From Candidatus Nanopelagicales bacterium (GTDB lineage: Bacteria; Actinomycetota; Actinomycetes; S36-B12), in assembly GCA_044374195.1 (NCBI GenBank), contig JBILOY010000001.1, forward strand, positions 101,883-165,882: a stretch of DNA of 64,000 bases, in the 5' to 3' direction. Below, in pieces: positions 25,342 through 35,005 of this stretch. The notes beneath the pieces were generated by a model, which was not told where the DNA came from, did no database searches, and was given only the letters and a program-made list of their open reading frames with translations. Positions within the stretch are counted from its first letter, which is position 1, and each line of letters opens with the position of its first letter. The translations under genes and the position numbers were made by a program.

Positions 25342-26405
25342 GCGCGCACCCATTCGGCGTAGAACAAGGTGAGGCCGATGCCGATGAACAGGCCGTGAAT
25401 GATCCAAAAGCGCACGACGATCTGCACCTCGGGCCAGCCCACCATCTCGAAGTGATGATGCAGCGGGGCCATGCGGAAGATGCGGCGACCGGTGAGCTTG
25501 AAGGAGCCGACCTGGCCGATCACGCTGAGCGTGGTGATGAGGAACAGGCCGGCGATGAACGGAAGCAGCAGTTCGGTGCGTGAGAGAATCGCGAGGCCGG
25601 CAATGCCGCCACCGAGGGCCAGTGAGCCGGTGTCGCCCATGAAGATGCGAGCGGGCGAGGTGTTCCACCACAGGAAGCCAAAGCTCGCGCCAGCGGCGGC
25701 GGCAGCAACTAAAGCGAGATCAAGTGGATCAGTGGTGTTGTAACACTGGGCCGTATCGAGGAAGCCGCAGTTCTGGCCGTACTGCCAGATGCTGATCAGC
25801 ACATACGCCAGGAAGCTCATGATCGAGGCGCCGATAGCGAGTCCGTCGAGGCCGTCGGTGAGGTTAACGCCATTTGTTGTTGCGGTGATCAGGAACCACA
25901 CCCAGAGCAAGAACAGTCCGACAGGCAGCACTATCGAGGTATCGCGCACGAAGGAGATTGCCTGCGATGCGGGGGTCTCGCCCATGCTGTCGGTGATGGT
26001 GATCGACATCCACGCGAATGTGAGGGCGACGACGGCCTGACCGATGAGCTTGGTGCGCGCACGCAGGCCGGTGCTGCGCTGCTTGAAGACCTTCAGGTAA
26101 TCGTCGGCGAGACCGACAAGCCCGAGTCCGACCATTAGGTAGACCACGAGCAGGCCTGATGCGGTCAGCGGTCTCCAGGCAAGCAGATGCGCACCGAAAT
26201 AGCCGGCGACCACAGCCAAGATGATCGCGATACCGCCCATCGACGGCGTGCCCTTCTTGCCCGAGTGCTCGGGGTAGGCCTCAGTGTCGGTCGAGACGCG
26301 AATCGCCTGGGCGTAGTTACGACGGGCCAGCAGACGAATGAGGATCGGGGTGCCGATCAGCGAGAACAAGGTGGCGATACCGGCGGCGATGACTACGAGT
26401 CTCAT
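25338..26405 (-). CDS. mraY: Phospho-MurNAc-pentapeptide transferase
   Basis: KKGTPSMGG, NLTDGLDGL, IFMGDTGSL, MAPLHHHFE. Confidence 0.97.
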   Translation of the reverse strand: MRLVVIAAGIATLFSLIGTPILIRLLARRNYAQAIRVSTDTEAYPEHSGKKGTPSMGGIAIILAVVAGYFGAHLLAWRPLTASGLLVVYLMVGLGLVGLADDYLKVFKQRSTGLRARTKLIGQAVVALTFAWMSITITDSMGETPASQAISFVRDTSIVLPVGLFLLWVWFLITATTNGVNLTDGLDGLAIGASIMSFLAYVLISIWQYGQNCGFLDTAQCYNTTDPLDLALVAAAAAGASFGFLWWNTSPARIFMGDTGSLALGGGIAGLAILSRTELLLPFIAGLFLITTLSVIGQVGSFKLTGRRIFRMAPLHHHFEMVGWPEVQIVVRFWIIHGLFIGIGLTLFYAEWVRA

Positions 26406-27781
26406 GCCACACCGCCATTCCAGGCCGACAGGGCATCGGCAACTCGCTCCAAGGCTATTCCCCGGGATGCCTTGACCACGATGACGTCACCGGTGATGGC
26501 CTCGGTCGTGACGATGCTCACTGCGTCCTCGATTGAGGTGACGAGATCTGACTTCAGGCCAGCAGCGAGAGCTGCCTCGTGCATGGGGATCAGTGCATCA
26601 CCTATACACACGAGTCGATCGATGCCCATTGAGTGGGCGGCGCGACCGAGTGACGCGTGCTCCTCGCGCGATATCTCCCCCAGTTCGCGCATCTCGCCGA
26701 GCACTGCCCAACTGCGACGTCCGGCGGCCATCGACGCAGTAGCAGCCAGTGCTGCACGCATCGATTCAGGGTTGGCGTTGTAACTGTCGTTGACAAGAGT
26801 GATGTTGTTTCCGAGCTCGCGCACCTCCATGCGCCATTTGCTGTCGAGCCCGGCAATACGTAGACCAGCCGCGACGACATCGAGGCTGATGCCGAGGGCG
26901 AGTGCAACGGAGGCCGCAGCCAGGGCGTTCTGCACGAAGTGCTCGCCGTGCACCTTCATCGTGACGGGCTCTGACTGGTTGTCGTGCGTAAGGGTGAAGG
27001 ACGGGCGGGCAGCTGCGTCGACGCGCACGTCAGTGGCGCGCACATCGCAGCCGACGGACCTGCCAAAGGTGACAACGTCCGCCTTCGTATCGTCGACCTT
27101 GGCCATGATGAGCGGTTCGTCGCCGTTGAGGATCGCGAAACCCCCGGGCGGCAACTCCTCAATGAGCTCGCCCTTTGCTCGGGCAATGGCCTCGCGGCTG
27201 CCGAGCAACTCCATATGCGCCGTGCCGATATTGACGAGCACACCGACCGTCGGGCGCGCTATCTCGGCGAGATAGCGAATCTGGCCTTCGCCGCGCATGC
27301 CCATCTCGAGCACCAGGTACTTGGTGCTCTCATCGGCCCGCAGGATGGTCAGCGGAACTCCGACCTCAGTGTTGAAAGAGCCCTCCGGGCACACGGTCGG
27401 GCCGTCAACGGCGAGCAAGCCTGCGATGAGCTCCTTCGTGCTCGTCTTTCCGCTCGAGCCCGTGATCCCGATGACAGTGCACGTGAGAAGAGTCGAGCGA
27501 ACCCAATGCGCAAGGCGACCGAGGGCCATCACCGGATCATCAACGACGATGCATGGCTGATCGAGTATGCGATCAGAAAGGACAGCGGTAGCGCCAGCAG
27601 CAATGACCTCGGCCGCAAAGTCATGGCCGTCAGCGCGCTCGCCCTTGATAGCGACGAATAGGCAGCCCGGCGTGATGTCGCGCGAGTCGACACGCACGTC
27701 GGTGATCATGTCGTCGGCGGACAGGTGGTGAGCGATGCCATGCGTCGCATCGCAGATATCGGCGACGGTCAGCGCGATCAT
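26402..27781 (-). CDS. murF: UDP-MurNAc-tripeptide-D-Ala-D-Ala ligase
   Basis: ITGSSGKTSTKE, NDSYNANPESM, VLGEMRELG, VKASRG. Confidence 0.97.
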   Translation of the reverse strand: MIALTVADICDATHGIAHHLSADDMITDVRVDSRDITPGCLFVAIKGERADGHDFAAEVIAAGATAVLSDRILDQPCIVVDDPVMALGRLAHWVRSTLLTCTVIGITGSSGKTSTKELIAGLLAVDGPTVCPEGSFNTEVGVPLTILRADESTKYLVLEMGMRGEGQIRYLAEIARPTVGVLVNIGTAHMELLGSREAIARAKGELIEELPPGGFAILNGDEPLIMAKVDDTKADVVTFGRSVGCDVRATDVRVDAAARPSFTLTHDNQSEPVTMKVHGEHFVQNALAAASVALALGISLDVVAAGLRIAGLDSKWRMEVRELGNNITLVNDSYNANPESMRAALAATASMAAGRRSWAVLGEMRELGEISREEHASLGRAAHSMGIDRLVCIGDALIPMHEAALAAGLKSDLVTSIEDAVSIVTTEAITGDVIVVKASRGIALERVADALSAWNGGVA

Positions 27782-29277
27782 GCGGTCGCTCCGTGCACAT
27801 CAGCGAGTGCGCCACGGGCGACAACGCGATCATCGAAATCGGTGACGACTCCTGCGACGTCCTGCCCGCTCTCATGACCCTTACCCAAGATCGCGACCGT
27901 ATCGCCGGGCCCCGCCTCGGCGATGGCCTCGAAGATGGCGAGCGCACGATCGCCGGTCTCGCGGATTTCAGCCCGCTGATCTGCCGGCACTGTCATGACT
28001 CCCTCACGCACGGCCGCCCTGATCGCGGCCGGATCCTCTGAACGTGGATTGTCGTCGGTGATCCAGACCGAGTCAGCCAGGCGCGCCGCGAGGGCGCCCA
28101 TCTCAGGGCGCTTACCGCGATCGCGATCACCACCGGCACCGATCACCGCAATGAGACGACCGCCACCACGGGCCGCCGTCAGCGCACGTTCGACTGCATC
28201 GGGGGTATGCGCATAGTCGACGAGCACGCGCACCGGGTAACCGGCGGAAACATCCTCCATGCGGCCGGGCACGGCTATCTGTGACCACGAACGCGCGATG
28301 TCAGCCGCGGAGATGCCGATACTGCGCAGCATGGCGAAGGCACATACGGCATTGGCGCGGTTGAAGGCGCCGGGCAGATGGAATTCGATCTCGCAGCTCT
28401 CGCCGGGGCCGGTGATCGTGATGGCCTGCGCTGACTCGGTCACCGACCAGTCAGCGGCCTTGCCCTCTGCCGACCAGGTCACATGCTCGAGTGTGCACAT
28501 GCCGGCCAGCCGGACACCCCATTCGTCGTCGATGCCGATGACAGCACGCTTGGCATGCGCGGGCGTGAACAACGTGGCCTTGGCGAGGAAGTAGTTCTCC
28601 ATCGAGCCGTGATAGTCGAGGTGATCTTGGGTGAGATTCGTGAACCCCGCGACGTCGAAGATCAGGCCGTCGACGCGATGCTCACTCAGTGCATGACTCG
28701 AGACCTCCATCGAGACAGCAGTGACGCCCTTTTCGCGCATCTCGGCGAGAAGTTCGTGCAGGTCGGTTGATTCAGGTGTCGTACGCGAACCCGAGTGCAT
28801 CTCACCGGCGATGCTCACGCCGACCGTGCCGATAACGCCGGTACTCGCACCTGATGTGCGCAGGGCCGCATCGAGCAGATGGGTCACGGTGGTCTTGCCA
28901 TTCGTGCCAGTGACACCCAGCATCGTGAGCGCGTCAGCGGGCCGGCCGTGCGCGCGTGCCGCGAGCTCACCCAGGTGGGCGCGCGGACTCTCGATCACGA
29001 GCACCGGGACGCCGAGATCAGTGCACTGCGCGAGTCCTGCGGGATCAGTGAGGATCGCGACAGCACCACTGGCTACTGCGCTCGCGGCAAAATCAGCGCC
29101 GTGATGCACGTGGCCTGGCAGTGCAGCGAAAAGGTCTCCAGCACGAACAGCACGCGAGTCGAGGGTGACACCGGTGATCATCAGGTCGTCAGTGGCCGGC
29201 GCCCCGGCCCATTGCACTGCTTCGATCAGCCCGGCCAGGCGCACCGGGGCCGATGTGGGCCGCTCCATGCGCGCCAT
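27778..29277 (-). CDS. murE: UDP-MurNAc-dipeptide-meso-DAP ligase
   Basis: TGTNGKTT, MEVSSH, VDYAHTPD, DNPR (DAP-type), GKGHE. Confidence 0.96.
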   Translation of the reverse strand: MARMERPTSAPVRLAGLIEAVQWAGAPATDDLMITGVTLDSRAVRAGDLFAALPGHVHHGADFAASAVASGAVAILTDPAGLAQCTDLGVPVLVIESPRAHLGELAARAHGRPADALTMLGVTGTNGKTTVTHLLDAALRTSGASTGVIGTVGVSIAGEMHSGSRTTPESTDLHELLAEMREKGVTAVSMEVSSHALSEHRVDGLIFDVAGFTNLTQDHLDYHGSMENYFLAKATLFTPAHAKRAVIGIDDEWGVRLAGMCTLEHVTWSAEGKAADWSVTESAQAITITGPGESCEIEFHLPGAFNRANAVCAFAMLRSIGISAADIARSWSQIAVPGRMEDVSAGYPVRVLVDYAHTPDAVERALTAARGGGRLIAVIGAGGDRDRGKRPEMGALAARLADSVWITDDNPRSEDPAAIRAAVREGVMTVPADQRAEIRETGDRALAIFEAIAEAGPGDTVAILGKGHESGQDVAGVVTDFDDRVVARGALADVHGATA

Positions 29278-29281
29278 CTCG

Positions 29282-31099
29282 CTAGCCGTTCTTGCTGTAC
29301 TTGAGCGGCATTTCCGGAGCGACTGTTCCGGTCGGAGGCACATGACGAGTCTTCAGGGCACTCATCATCACCTCCTTGAACACCGGCGCTGCGAGCTGGC
29401 CGCCGAAGCGGCCGACCTGCGGCTTCACAATGGTGACAGCAACAACGAGTTCAGGCTTGTCAGCGGGGGCCACACCGACGAACGACGCGATGACGTCACG
29501 ACCATAACCACCGGGCACGGCCACCTGCGCGGTGCCGGTCTTGCCTGCTACGCGATAGCCGGGGATGCGGGCCTTCGGGGCCGTGCCGTTCTCGGAGACG
29601 ACGTTCTCGAGCATCGCAAGAACGGTCTTCGCTGTCTTGGGGCTGACCACCACTGTCTCCTCGGGTGTCGCACCCGGGGTAACGGTGCCATCAGGTGCCG
29701 TGATGGACTCGATAAGACTGGGAGTCACGCGCTTGCCATCGTTGGCGATGGTTGCGTACACACTCGCCACGTGAACGGCATTCATGCTCATGCCCTGGCC
29801 GAACACCATCGACGGGAAGCTGGTCTGCGACCATTCCTTGTAGGGCATCAAGCTGCCCTTGCTTTCGCCCGGGAAACCGAGGCCGGTGGGCTGGCCCATC
29901 CCGAACTTGCGCAGGTACTGATTGAACGTGCGCGAGCCAATGCGCTCGGAGGCAAGGATCGTGCCGAGGTTGCTCGACCTCGCGAGAACTCCGGTGAGAG
30001 TCAGATACCAGGTGCCATGCGGGACATCGTCATTGAAGACCTTGTCACCACGCTTGAGCGTGCCCGGAATGGTGAAGCGAGTGTTAGGAGTCGCGGCGCC
30101 CTGATCGATCACTGCTGCCATCGTCATCGTCTTGGCCGTGGAGCCAGGCTCGAAGACGTCACTGAGCGCGCGGTTACCGAGATCACTCGAGCGCGACTTC
30201 GAGATGTCATTGGGATCAAAGGTCGGAACAGTGGCGAGGGCGAGGATCTTGCCGGTGTGCGGATCCATCACCACGACAGAGCCGCTCTCCGCGCGGGACT
30301 CGGCGACCTTGTCGGCTAGTGCCTTCTGCGCGGCGTACTGAATATCGCGGTCGATGGTGAGTGTGATGTTCGAACCCGCCACAGCATCGACCTTGGAGTG
30401 CTGTGCCGTGGGGATTGCACGACCACCTTGACCGCGCTCATAGGTCTGCTCGCCGTCGGTACCCGCAAGAACATCCTGGAAGCCGCTCTCGAGACCGCCA
30501 AGGCCCTTGCCGTCTGCGCCAACAAAGCCCACGAGTCCGGCGGCCAGGCTGCCCGAGGGATACACACGCTTGGACGTGCCTTCCTTCAAGATCCCTGGCA
30601 GTCCGAGATCGGCAATGCGCTGCCAGTTCTCCGGGGTGATGTTCTTGGCCACGTAGACGAAGCGGCGGTCGCCAGTCAGTCGAGCGGCAAGTGCTGTCGG
30701 GTCGACCGCGAGGATCGGAGCCATCGCGGTAGCCGCAGCGACTGGGTCGGCGATGAGAGTCTGGTCAGCTGTCACGTTGTAGGCCTGCACCGTGACAGCC
30801 AAGGGATTGCCGGCTGCATCGGTGATGGCACCGCGCGTCGCCGGCAGCGAGATCTCCTTCAGCCGCTGGTTGGTGGCCTCGCTGGCGAGTGCCGAACCGC
30901 GGAAGGCCTGCAACTCCACAAGACGACCGATGAACACTGTAAGCACGAGCGCGACGATGACGAGAATCGCGGTGCTGCGCTTTCGGTGATCGCTGAGGGT
31001 TATCCACTCGCGATCCACGCCTCCACGGAAATCTGAAGAACTGCCGGAGCGGGATGGACGAGGCCGGGTCGGGCTCTGATTCATCGTTGACCGACTCAT
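29282..31099 (-). CDS. ftsI: Class B penicillin-binding protein FtsI
   Basis: EPGSTAK (SxxK), SSN, GKTGTA. Confidence 0.95.
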   Translation of the reverse strand: MSRSTMNQSPTRPRPSRSGSSSDFRGGVDREWITLSDHRKRSTAILVIVALVLTVFIGRLVELQAFRGSALASEATNQRLKEISLPATRGAITDAAGNPLAVTVQAYNVTADQTLIADPVAAATAMAPILAVDPTALAARLTGDRRFVYVAKNITPENWQRIADLGLPGILKEGTSKRVYPSGSLAAGLVGFVGADGKGLGGLESGFQDVLAGTDGEQTYERGQGGRAIPTAQHSKVDAVAGSNITLTIDRDIQYAAQKALADKVAESRAESGSVVVMDPHTGKILALATVPTFDPNDISKSRSSDLGNRALSDVFEPGSTAKTMTMAAVIDQGAATPNTRFTIPGTLKRGDKVFNDDVPHGTWYLTLTGVLARSSNLGTILASERIGSRTFNQYLRKFGMGQPTGLGFPGESKGSLMPYKEWSQTSFPSMVFGQGMSMNAVHVASVYATIANDGKRVTPSLIESITAPDGTVTPGATPEETVVVSPKTAKTVLAMLENVVSENGTAPKARIPGYRVAGKTGTAQVAVPGGYGRDVIASFVGVAPADKPELVVAVTIVKPQVGRFGGQLAAPVFKEVMMSALKTRHVPPTGTVAPEMPLKYSKNG

Positions 31100-31109
31100 G
31101 GTGGATGGA

Positions 31110-31826
31110 CTATCCGATCGCGGTGGCGCTCAGGCCAGCGTCGTTCTTCGCGATCTTTGCCTTCTTGCCGGGCTTACCGGTGCGCGCCGCCTTCGGTGCC
31201 TCAGTGACGTCGATGATTTCGCCCCAGGCGGTGTCCTCGGGCGTCGCGGTGGTCACATTTGCGTCATCGGTGGCCGGGTCATAGTTCGGGCCAACAGCCG
31301 CGGGGAATTCGCTGCTGACTGCGCCGTTGTCAACTGCTTCGACTGCGGTGAGATCAGCAGGGGTCGACAGTCGCGGAAGCTGCGCATTGGGTGAGACATT
31401 CGCCCCATTGGGCTTGCCGAGGATCGAGCCGTCACCGAGGTTCAAGAAGACAGGGTTCCGGCTCGGCTGCATACCCAGGGCGAGTGCCTTGGCCTCCAGG
31501 TTCGCCGGGCTCGACATGGCGTCGACTTCCTTGGCGAGTGCCTGCGCCTCGACGGTGAGCTCGGACTTCTGTGTCTGCAGCTCGCTGACGACGAAAGCGC
31601 CGGAGGCGAGAGAGGTATTGATGACGAGCATCACGATCAGGCCAGCACCGAGCAAGCCACCGACGAGCAGGGCGAAGACTCCCCTGCTGGCCTTTTCGGC
31701 GCGAAGCGGTGAGACGATCTTCAGCTCGGGCCGGGAAAGCTTGCGAGCCTTGGCGCCTTGGGTGGCGTACTCAGTTGCTGTCGACTCATTGATCGGATCA
31801 ACGAGCTTGCGGGCGTTCGCGCTCAT
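31110..31826 (-). CDS. ftsL: FtsL-like cell division protein
   Basis: TM plus coiled coil plus A.ALGM; located between rsmH and ftsI. Confidence 0.8.
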   Translation of the reverse strand: MSANARKLVDPINESTATEYATQGAKARKLSRPELKIVSPLRAEKASRGVFALLVGGLLGAGLIVMLVINTSLASGAFVVSELQTQKSELTVEAQALAKEVDAMSSPANLEAKALALGMQPSRNPVFLNLGDGSILGKPNGANVSPNAQLPRLSTPADLTAVEAVDNGAVSSEFPAAVGPNYDPATDDANVTTATPEDTAWGEIIDVTEAPKAARTGKPGKKAKIAKNDAGLSATAIG

Positions 31827-32779
31827 GCGGCCACCGCCACTTTCTCAGCAGCACGAACACGGACTGATGCAGCACGCGGGTTCGACTCGATCTCAGACTC
31901 GGAGGCCATCTCGGCGCCGCGAGTGATCAGGCGCAGCCACGGCTTCATCGAGTCGGGAACGATCGGCAGATCGCGGGGCGCCTTGGACTCTGCACCTTGG
32001 GCGAGCGCCTGCTTGACGATGCGATCCTCGAGTGACTGGTACGACATCACGACGATGCGGCCTCCGAGGCTCAGGGAATCGAGCGCTGCGGGGATGGCTG
32101 CGCGCAGAACGTCGAGTTCGCCGTTGACCTCGATGCGCAGGGCCTGGAAGGTGCGCTTGGCCGGGTTGCCGCCGGTGCGACGAGCAGCCTGCGGGATCGC
32201 CTCGCGAATGAGCTCGACAAGGCGGGCAGAGTTGGTGAACGGCTCACGTGCGCGTTCGTCGACGATGCGCGAGACGATGCGGGTGGCGAACTTCTCCTCG
32301 CCGAACTCGCGGAGCACGCGCACGATATCGCCGGCCGGGTAGGTGTTGAGGATCTCGGCTGCCGTGAGTTCGGTGGTCGGATCCATGCGCATGTCGAGCG
32401 GTGCGTCGTTGGCATAGGAGAAGCCGCGATCGATCTCGTCGAGCTGCATCGAGGAGACACCGAGGTCGAACAAGATGCCCTGGACTGCAGGAATGCCGAG
32501 CGACTCGAGGACTTCAGGAAGCTCGTCGTAGACCGCGTGCACGAGGGTGGTTCGGCCGCTGAACGGTGCGAGACGCTCCTCCGACAGGCGCAGGGCCTCC
32601 GGATCGCGATCAAGACCGACGAGGTGGATGTCCGGGAACTGAGTGAGTGCCTGCTCGGCGTGACCACCAAGACCCAAGGTTGCGTCGACCAGCACGGCGC
32701 CTGGGGTCTCCAGCGCCGGGGCGAGCAATGCCAGCACGCGGTCACGCATGACCGGGATGTGGCGGGTGGAGGTCGTCAT
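31823..32779 (-). CDS. rsmH: 16S rRNA m4C1402 methyltransferase
   Basis: [33 protein letters not shown]. Confidence 0.97.
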   Translation of the reverse strand: MTTSTRHIPVMRDRVLALLAPALETPGAVLVDATLGLGGHAEQALTQFPDIHLVGLDRDPEALRLSEERLAPFSGRTTLVHAVYDELPEVLESLGIPAVQGILFDLGVSSMQLDEIDRGFSYANDAPLDMRMDPTTELTAAEILNTYPAGDIVRVLREFGEEKFATRIVSRIVDERAREPFTNSARLVELIREAIPQAARRTGGNPAKRTFQALRIEVNGELDVLRAAIPAALDSLSLGGRIVVMSYQSLEDRIVKQALAQGAESKAPRDLPIVPDSMKPWLRLITRGAEMASESEIESNPRAASVRVRAAEKVAVAA

Positions 32780-32781
32780 GA

Positions 32782-32913
32782 TCAGGCCCAGGTCCCGACG
32801 ATCGAGTTGAGACCGGCCATGACGGCGACGGTGAGAGCAGCGGAGGCGACGAGAACACCAGCGGTGCGAGCGGTGGACGGTACCCGCTGTACCTGGCTGA
32901 TCAAGGTGCTCAT
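32782..32913 (-). CDS. Unannotated 43-aa small membrane protein
   Basis: [43 protein letters not shown]; RBS GAAAGG; stop 2 nt before the rsmH ATG. Confidence 0.6.
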   Translation of the reverse strand: MSTLISQVQRVPSTARTAGVLVASAALTVAVMAGLNSIVGTWA

Positions 32914-32979
32914 GTCGTGCCTTTCGCGTCGCGGTGGTGGTGCGGGCCTTGCTGCTTACTTCTTTGGTTGGTGCTGATC

Positions 32980-33078
32980 GATCCGCGTAGCCAGGTCCCC
33001 GCCCGCTTTCTCAAGCGGTTCTGGCACCGGGGAAGTGGTGTCAGAGCGGAGGCGGGAGGAGACCTCACCGCGCGGATC
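32980..33078 (-). ncRNA. mraW RNA motif (cis-regulatory)
   Basis: Between mraZ and rsmH; minus strand contains CTCTGACACCACTTCCCCGGTGCCAGA with the hallmark CUUCCCC loop and flanking stems; boundaries approximate. Confidence 0.8.
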
Positions 33079-33080
33079 TC

Positions 33081-33512
33081 TTAGAGAATTCCCGGCACGA
33101 CCTCCTCGCTGATTCCGGAGAAGCCCTCTTCCTGGCCTGCCAGGTAGGTCTCCCAGCTGGTGGCATCCCAGATCTCGACGGTGATGCCGTTGCCGACGAC
33201 CACAACGTCGCGGTCCAGGCCGGCGTACTCGCGCAGCGCTGCAGGCATGGTGATTCGACCCTGGCGATCAGGAATCTCGTCGGATGCCCCGGAGAACAGC
33301 ACTCGCAGGTAAGCCCGGACCTGGGCGTCAGAACGGGAGGCCTCGTTCAGGCGCTCAGCGTGGGCCGCGAACTCGGCCGCCGGCCAGACCACGATCGAAC
33401 GGTCCTGGCCCTTGGCCAAGACGACACCTGCTGCCAGCCCCTCACGGAACTTGGCGGGGAGGACGAGCCGGCCTTTGTCATCAAGGCGCGGTGAGTGTGT
33501 CCCCAGGAACAT
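33081..33512 (-). CDS. mraZ: Transcriptional regulator MraZ
   Basis: MFLGTHSPRLDDKGRLVLP, DRQGRI, EIWD. Confidence 0.97.
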   Translation of the reverse strand: MFLGTHSPRLDDKGRLVLPAKFREGLAAGVVLAKGQDRSIVVWPAAEFAAHAERLNEASRSDAQVRAYLRVLFSGASDEIPDRQGRITMPAALREYAGLDRDVVVVGNGITVEIWDATSWETYLAGQEEGFSGISEEVVPGIL

Positions 33513-33560
33513 CTTCCGCACCTCCAGCCCCACTCGTCACCCTGGAACCTCCAGGTGACG

Positions 33561-33594
33561 CCACTGTACCCCACTTCCCTCCACCGTCAACCAC
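33561..33594 (-). promoter_or_regulatory. MraZ direct binding repeats
   Basis: Four GTGG at an exact 10-nt period (CCAC at 33561/33571/33581/33591 on +). Confidence 0.8.
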
Positions 33595-33621
33595 CTCGAC
33601 CCAATTTCCTGAGATTTCCCT

Positions 33622-33740
33622 CCACCTCATTACGGGCTCCCTCAGGGGCACCCGCCACCTCATAACGAGTTCCCTCAGGGGCACCCGCCACCTCATAACG
33701 AGTTCCCTCAGGGGCACCCGCCACCTCATAACGGGCTCCC
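33622..33740. repeat. 33-bp tandem repeat, ~3.6 copies
   Basis: CCACCTCAT[A/T]ACG[A/G]G[T/C]TCCCTCAGGGGCACCCG; no spacers. Confidence 0.95.
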
Positions 33741-33781
33741 CCTTCCCCCTCCACCCGGACCCGAATGGGGGGCACGTGCAA

Positions 33782-33808
33782 AAAACCCGCCCCTCGGGGG
33801 CGGGTTTT
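33782..33808. terminator. Intrinsic terminator hairpin (possibly bidirectional)
   Basis: AAAACCCGCCCCTCGGGGGCGGGTTTT. Confidence 0.8.
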
Positions 33809-33858
33809 AGTGGAAAAGCGCTGAATCGATGGGCAAAGCCCTCTTCAGGCGACTGCGA

Positions 33859-34413
33859 TCAGACGGTGCTGGGGGGCGGAGCACGATGGATGGAGGGCAG
33901 ATCGACTACCCAGTCGTGGACCACGCTCGTGCGCAGCACGACATCCTGCAGAGATCTATTGGCCGGACTGAAGATCACCCAGATCAGCCCAATCGGGAAG
34001 ACGATGCAAAAGATCGAGCGCAGCGCAGCTACCGGCAGCCGCACACGCTGGCCTGAGTAGTTGATGACGCGCAGGCCCATGATGTGCATGCCCAGGCTGC
34101 GTCCGGTGGTGCCCCAGGCATAAGTCCAGGCCAACCAGATCAGCAAGAAGCCACCGGCCACCGACCAGCCGAACTGCGGCAAGGTGGCGCCCTGGACCCG
34201 CTCGATGATCAAGCGCACCAACGCGATGACGAGATTGATCAAGAAGATCAGGGCGATCACTGAGCCGATGTCGATGAACGCCGAGAGCGCTCGCGAGATG
34301 AAGCCGGCCCGGTGACCTTGATAGGGACGCGCATCTTTGGGAACGGACGCGTCGACATCGAGACCGGGCTCGCCTGCATCGATTCGGCGCTTGTACTCGC
34401 TGAAGGAGGTCAC
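33859..34413 (-). CDS. RDD-family membrane protein
   Basis: AGFISRALSAFID, GRSLGMHIMGLRV, RSLQD. Confidence 0.88.
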   Translation of the reverse strand: MTSFSEYKRRIDAGEPGLDVDASVPKDARPYQGHRAGFISRALSAFIDIGSVIALIFLINLVIALVRLIIERVQGATLPQFGWSVAGGFLLIWLAWTYAWGTTGRSLGMHIMGLRVINYSGQRVRLPVAALRSIFCIVFPIGLIWVIFSPANRSLQDVVLRTSVVHDWVVDLPSIHRAPPPSTV

Positions 34414-34970
34414 GTGGGCTCCCCGGAGTATTCGGCGGCGATCTCGCCGGGCGCCGTGGTCTTGCGGGCCTTGCGGCGCAACATGATCGTGTCGACAACC
34501 TTTTGCACGAGATCATCAGCATCAATGGCCTGCATGCGCGTGGTGTTCATGGCATCGGTAGCGATACCGCCTGTCGACTGGCGAATGATCTGAGGCAGAT
34601 CAATCTCGTCGATGATGTAGTTCGCGAGATCAATCAGCGGCAGACGATCGATGATCTTCTCGAGATCAGCCTGCGCGACGATTTCGTCGATGTCGACGCG
34701 ATCGAGCACGATCTCGGTGAGGTTCATGCGCCCGATAACCGCGTTGACCGCATATGGCACGACCTTGTCGAGGGCCGAGTTCACCAGCGCCGAGTTCGCT
34801 ACCGTCGAGACCGTGGAGCTCACCGTCTGCTCTGCCACGGCGAACAGCGCGAACATGGCCGAGGTCGAGATCTCGACGACCGCGCCCAGGGGGTTCGCGG
34901 CCGCAGAGCCAGGGCGTGGCTCGAAGACGATGACCTCGGTGGCTTCACTCACCTCACCATCCTCTCGCAT
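34410..34970 (-). CDS. Hypothetical protein coupled to the RDD gene
   Basis: VDID-like repeats, IDLPQIIRQST; GTGA overlap with the RDD gene. Confidence 0.75.
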   Translation of the reverse strand: MREDGEVSEATEVIVFEPRPGSAAANPLGAVVEISTSAMFALFAVAEQTVSSTVSTVANSALVNSALDKVVPYAVNAVIGRMNLTEIVLDRVDIDEIVAQADLEKIIDRLPLIDLANYIIDEIDLPQIIRQSTGGIATDAMNTTRMQAIDADDLVQKVVDTIMLRRKARKTTAPGEIAAEYSGEPT

Positions 34971-35005
34971 GCCTCGGGGATGGGGAAAGGCAGTACATTC
35001 GAGGA

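Noticed and set aside
20099-25671. Long N-terminal extensions of murC, murG and murD in the ORF track (also the crtD-like gene, metF, EamA and the GT at 13583)
   Set aside because: They overlap upstream genes; internal starts give normal lengths and mostly stop/start overlaps
33481-33729. Repeat-encoded peptide (MRWRVPLRELV)n as a real gene
   Set aside because: The open frame follows trivially from a stop-free 33-nt unit; it crosses the mraZ promoter and has no independent support
33622-33740. CRISPR array
   Set aside because: The 33-bp units are contiguous with no unique spacers, and there are no cas genes in the window
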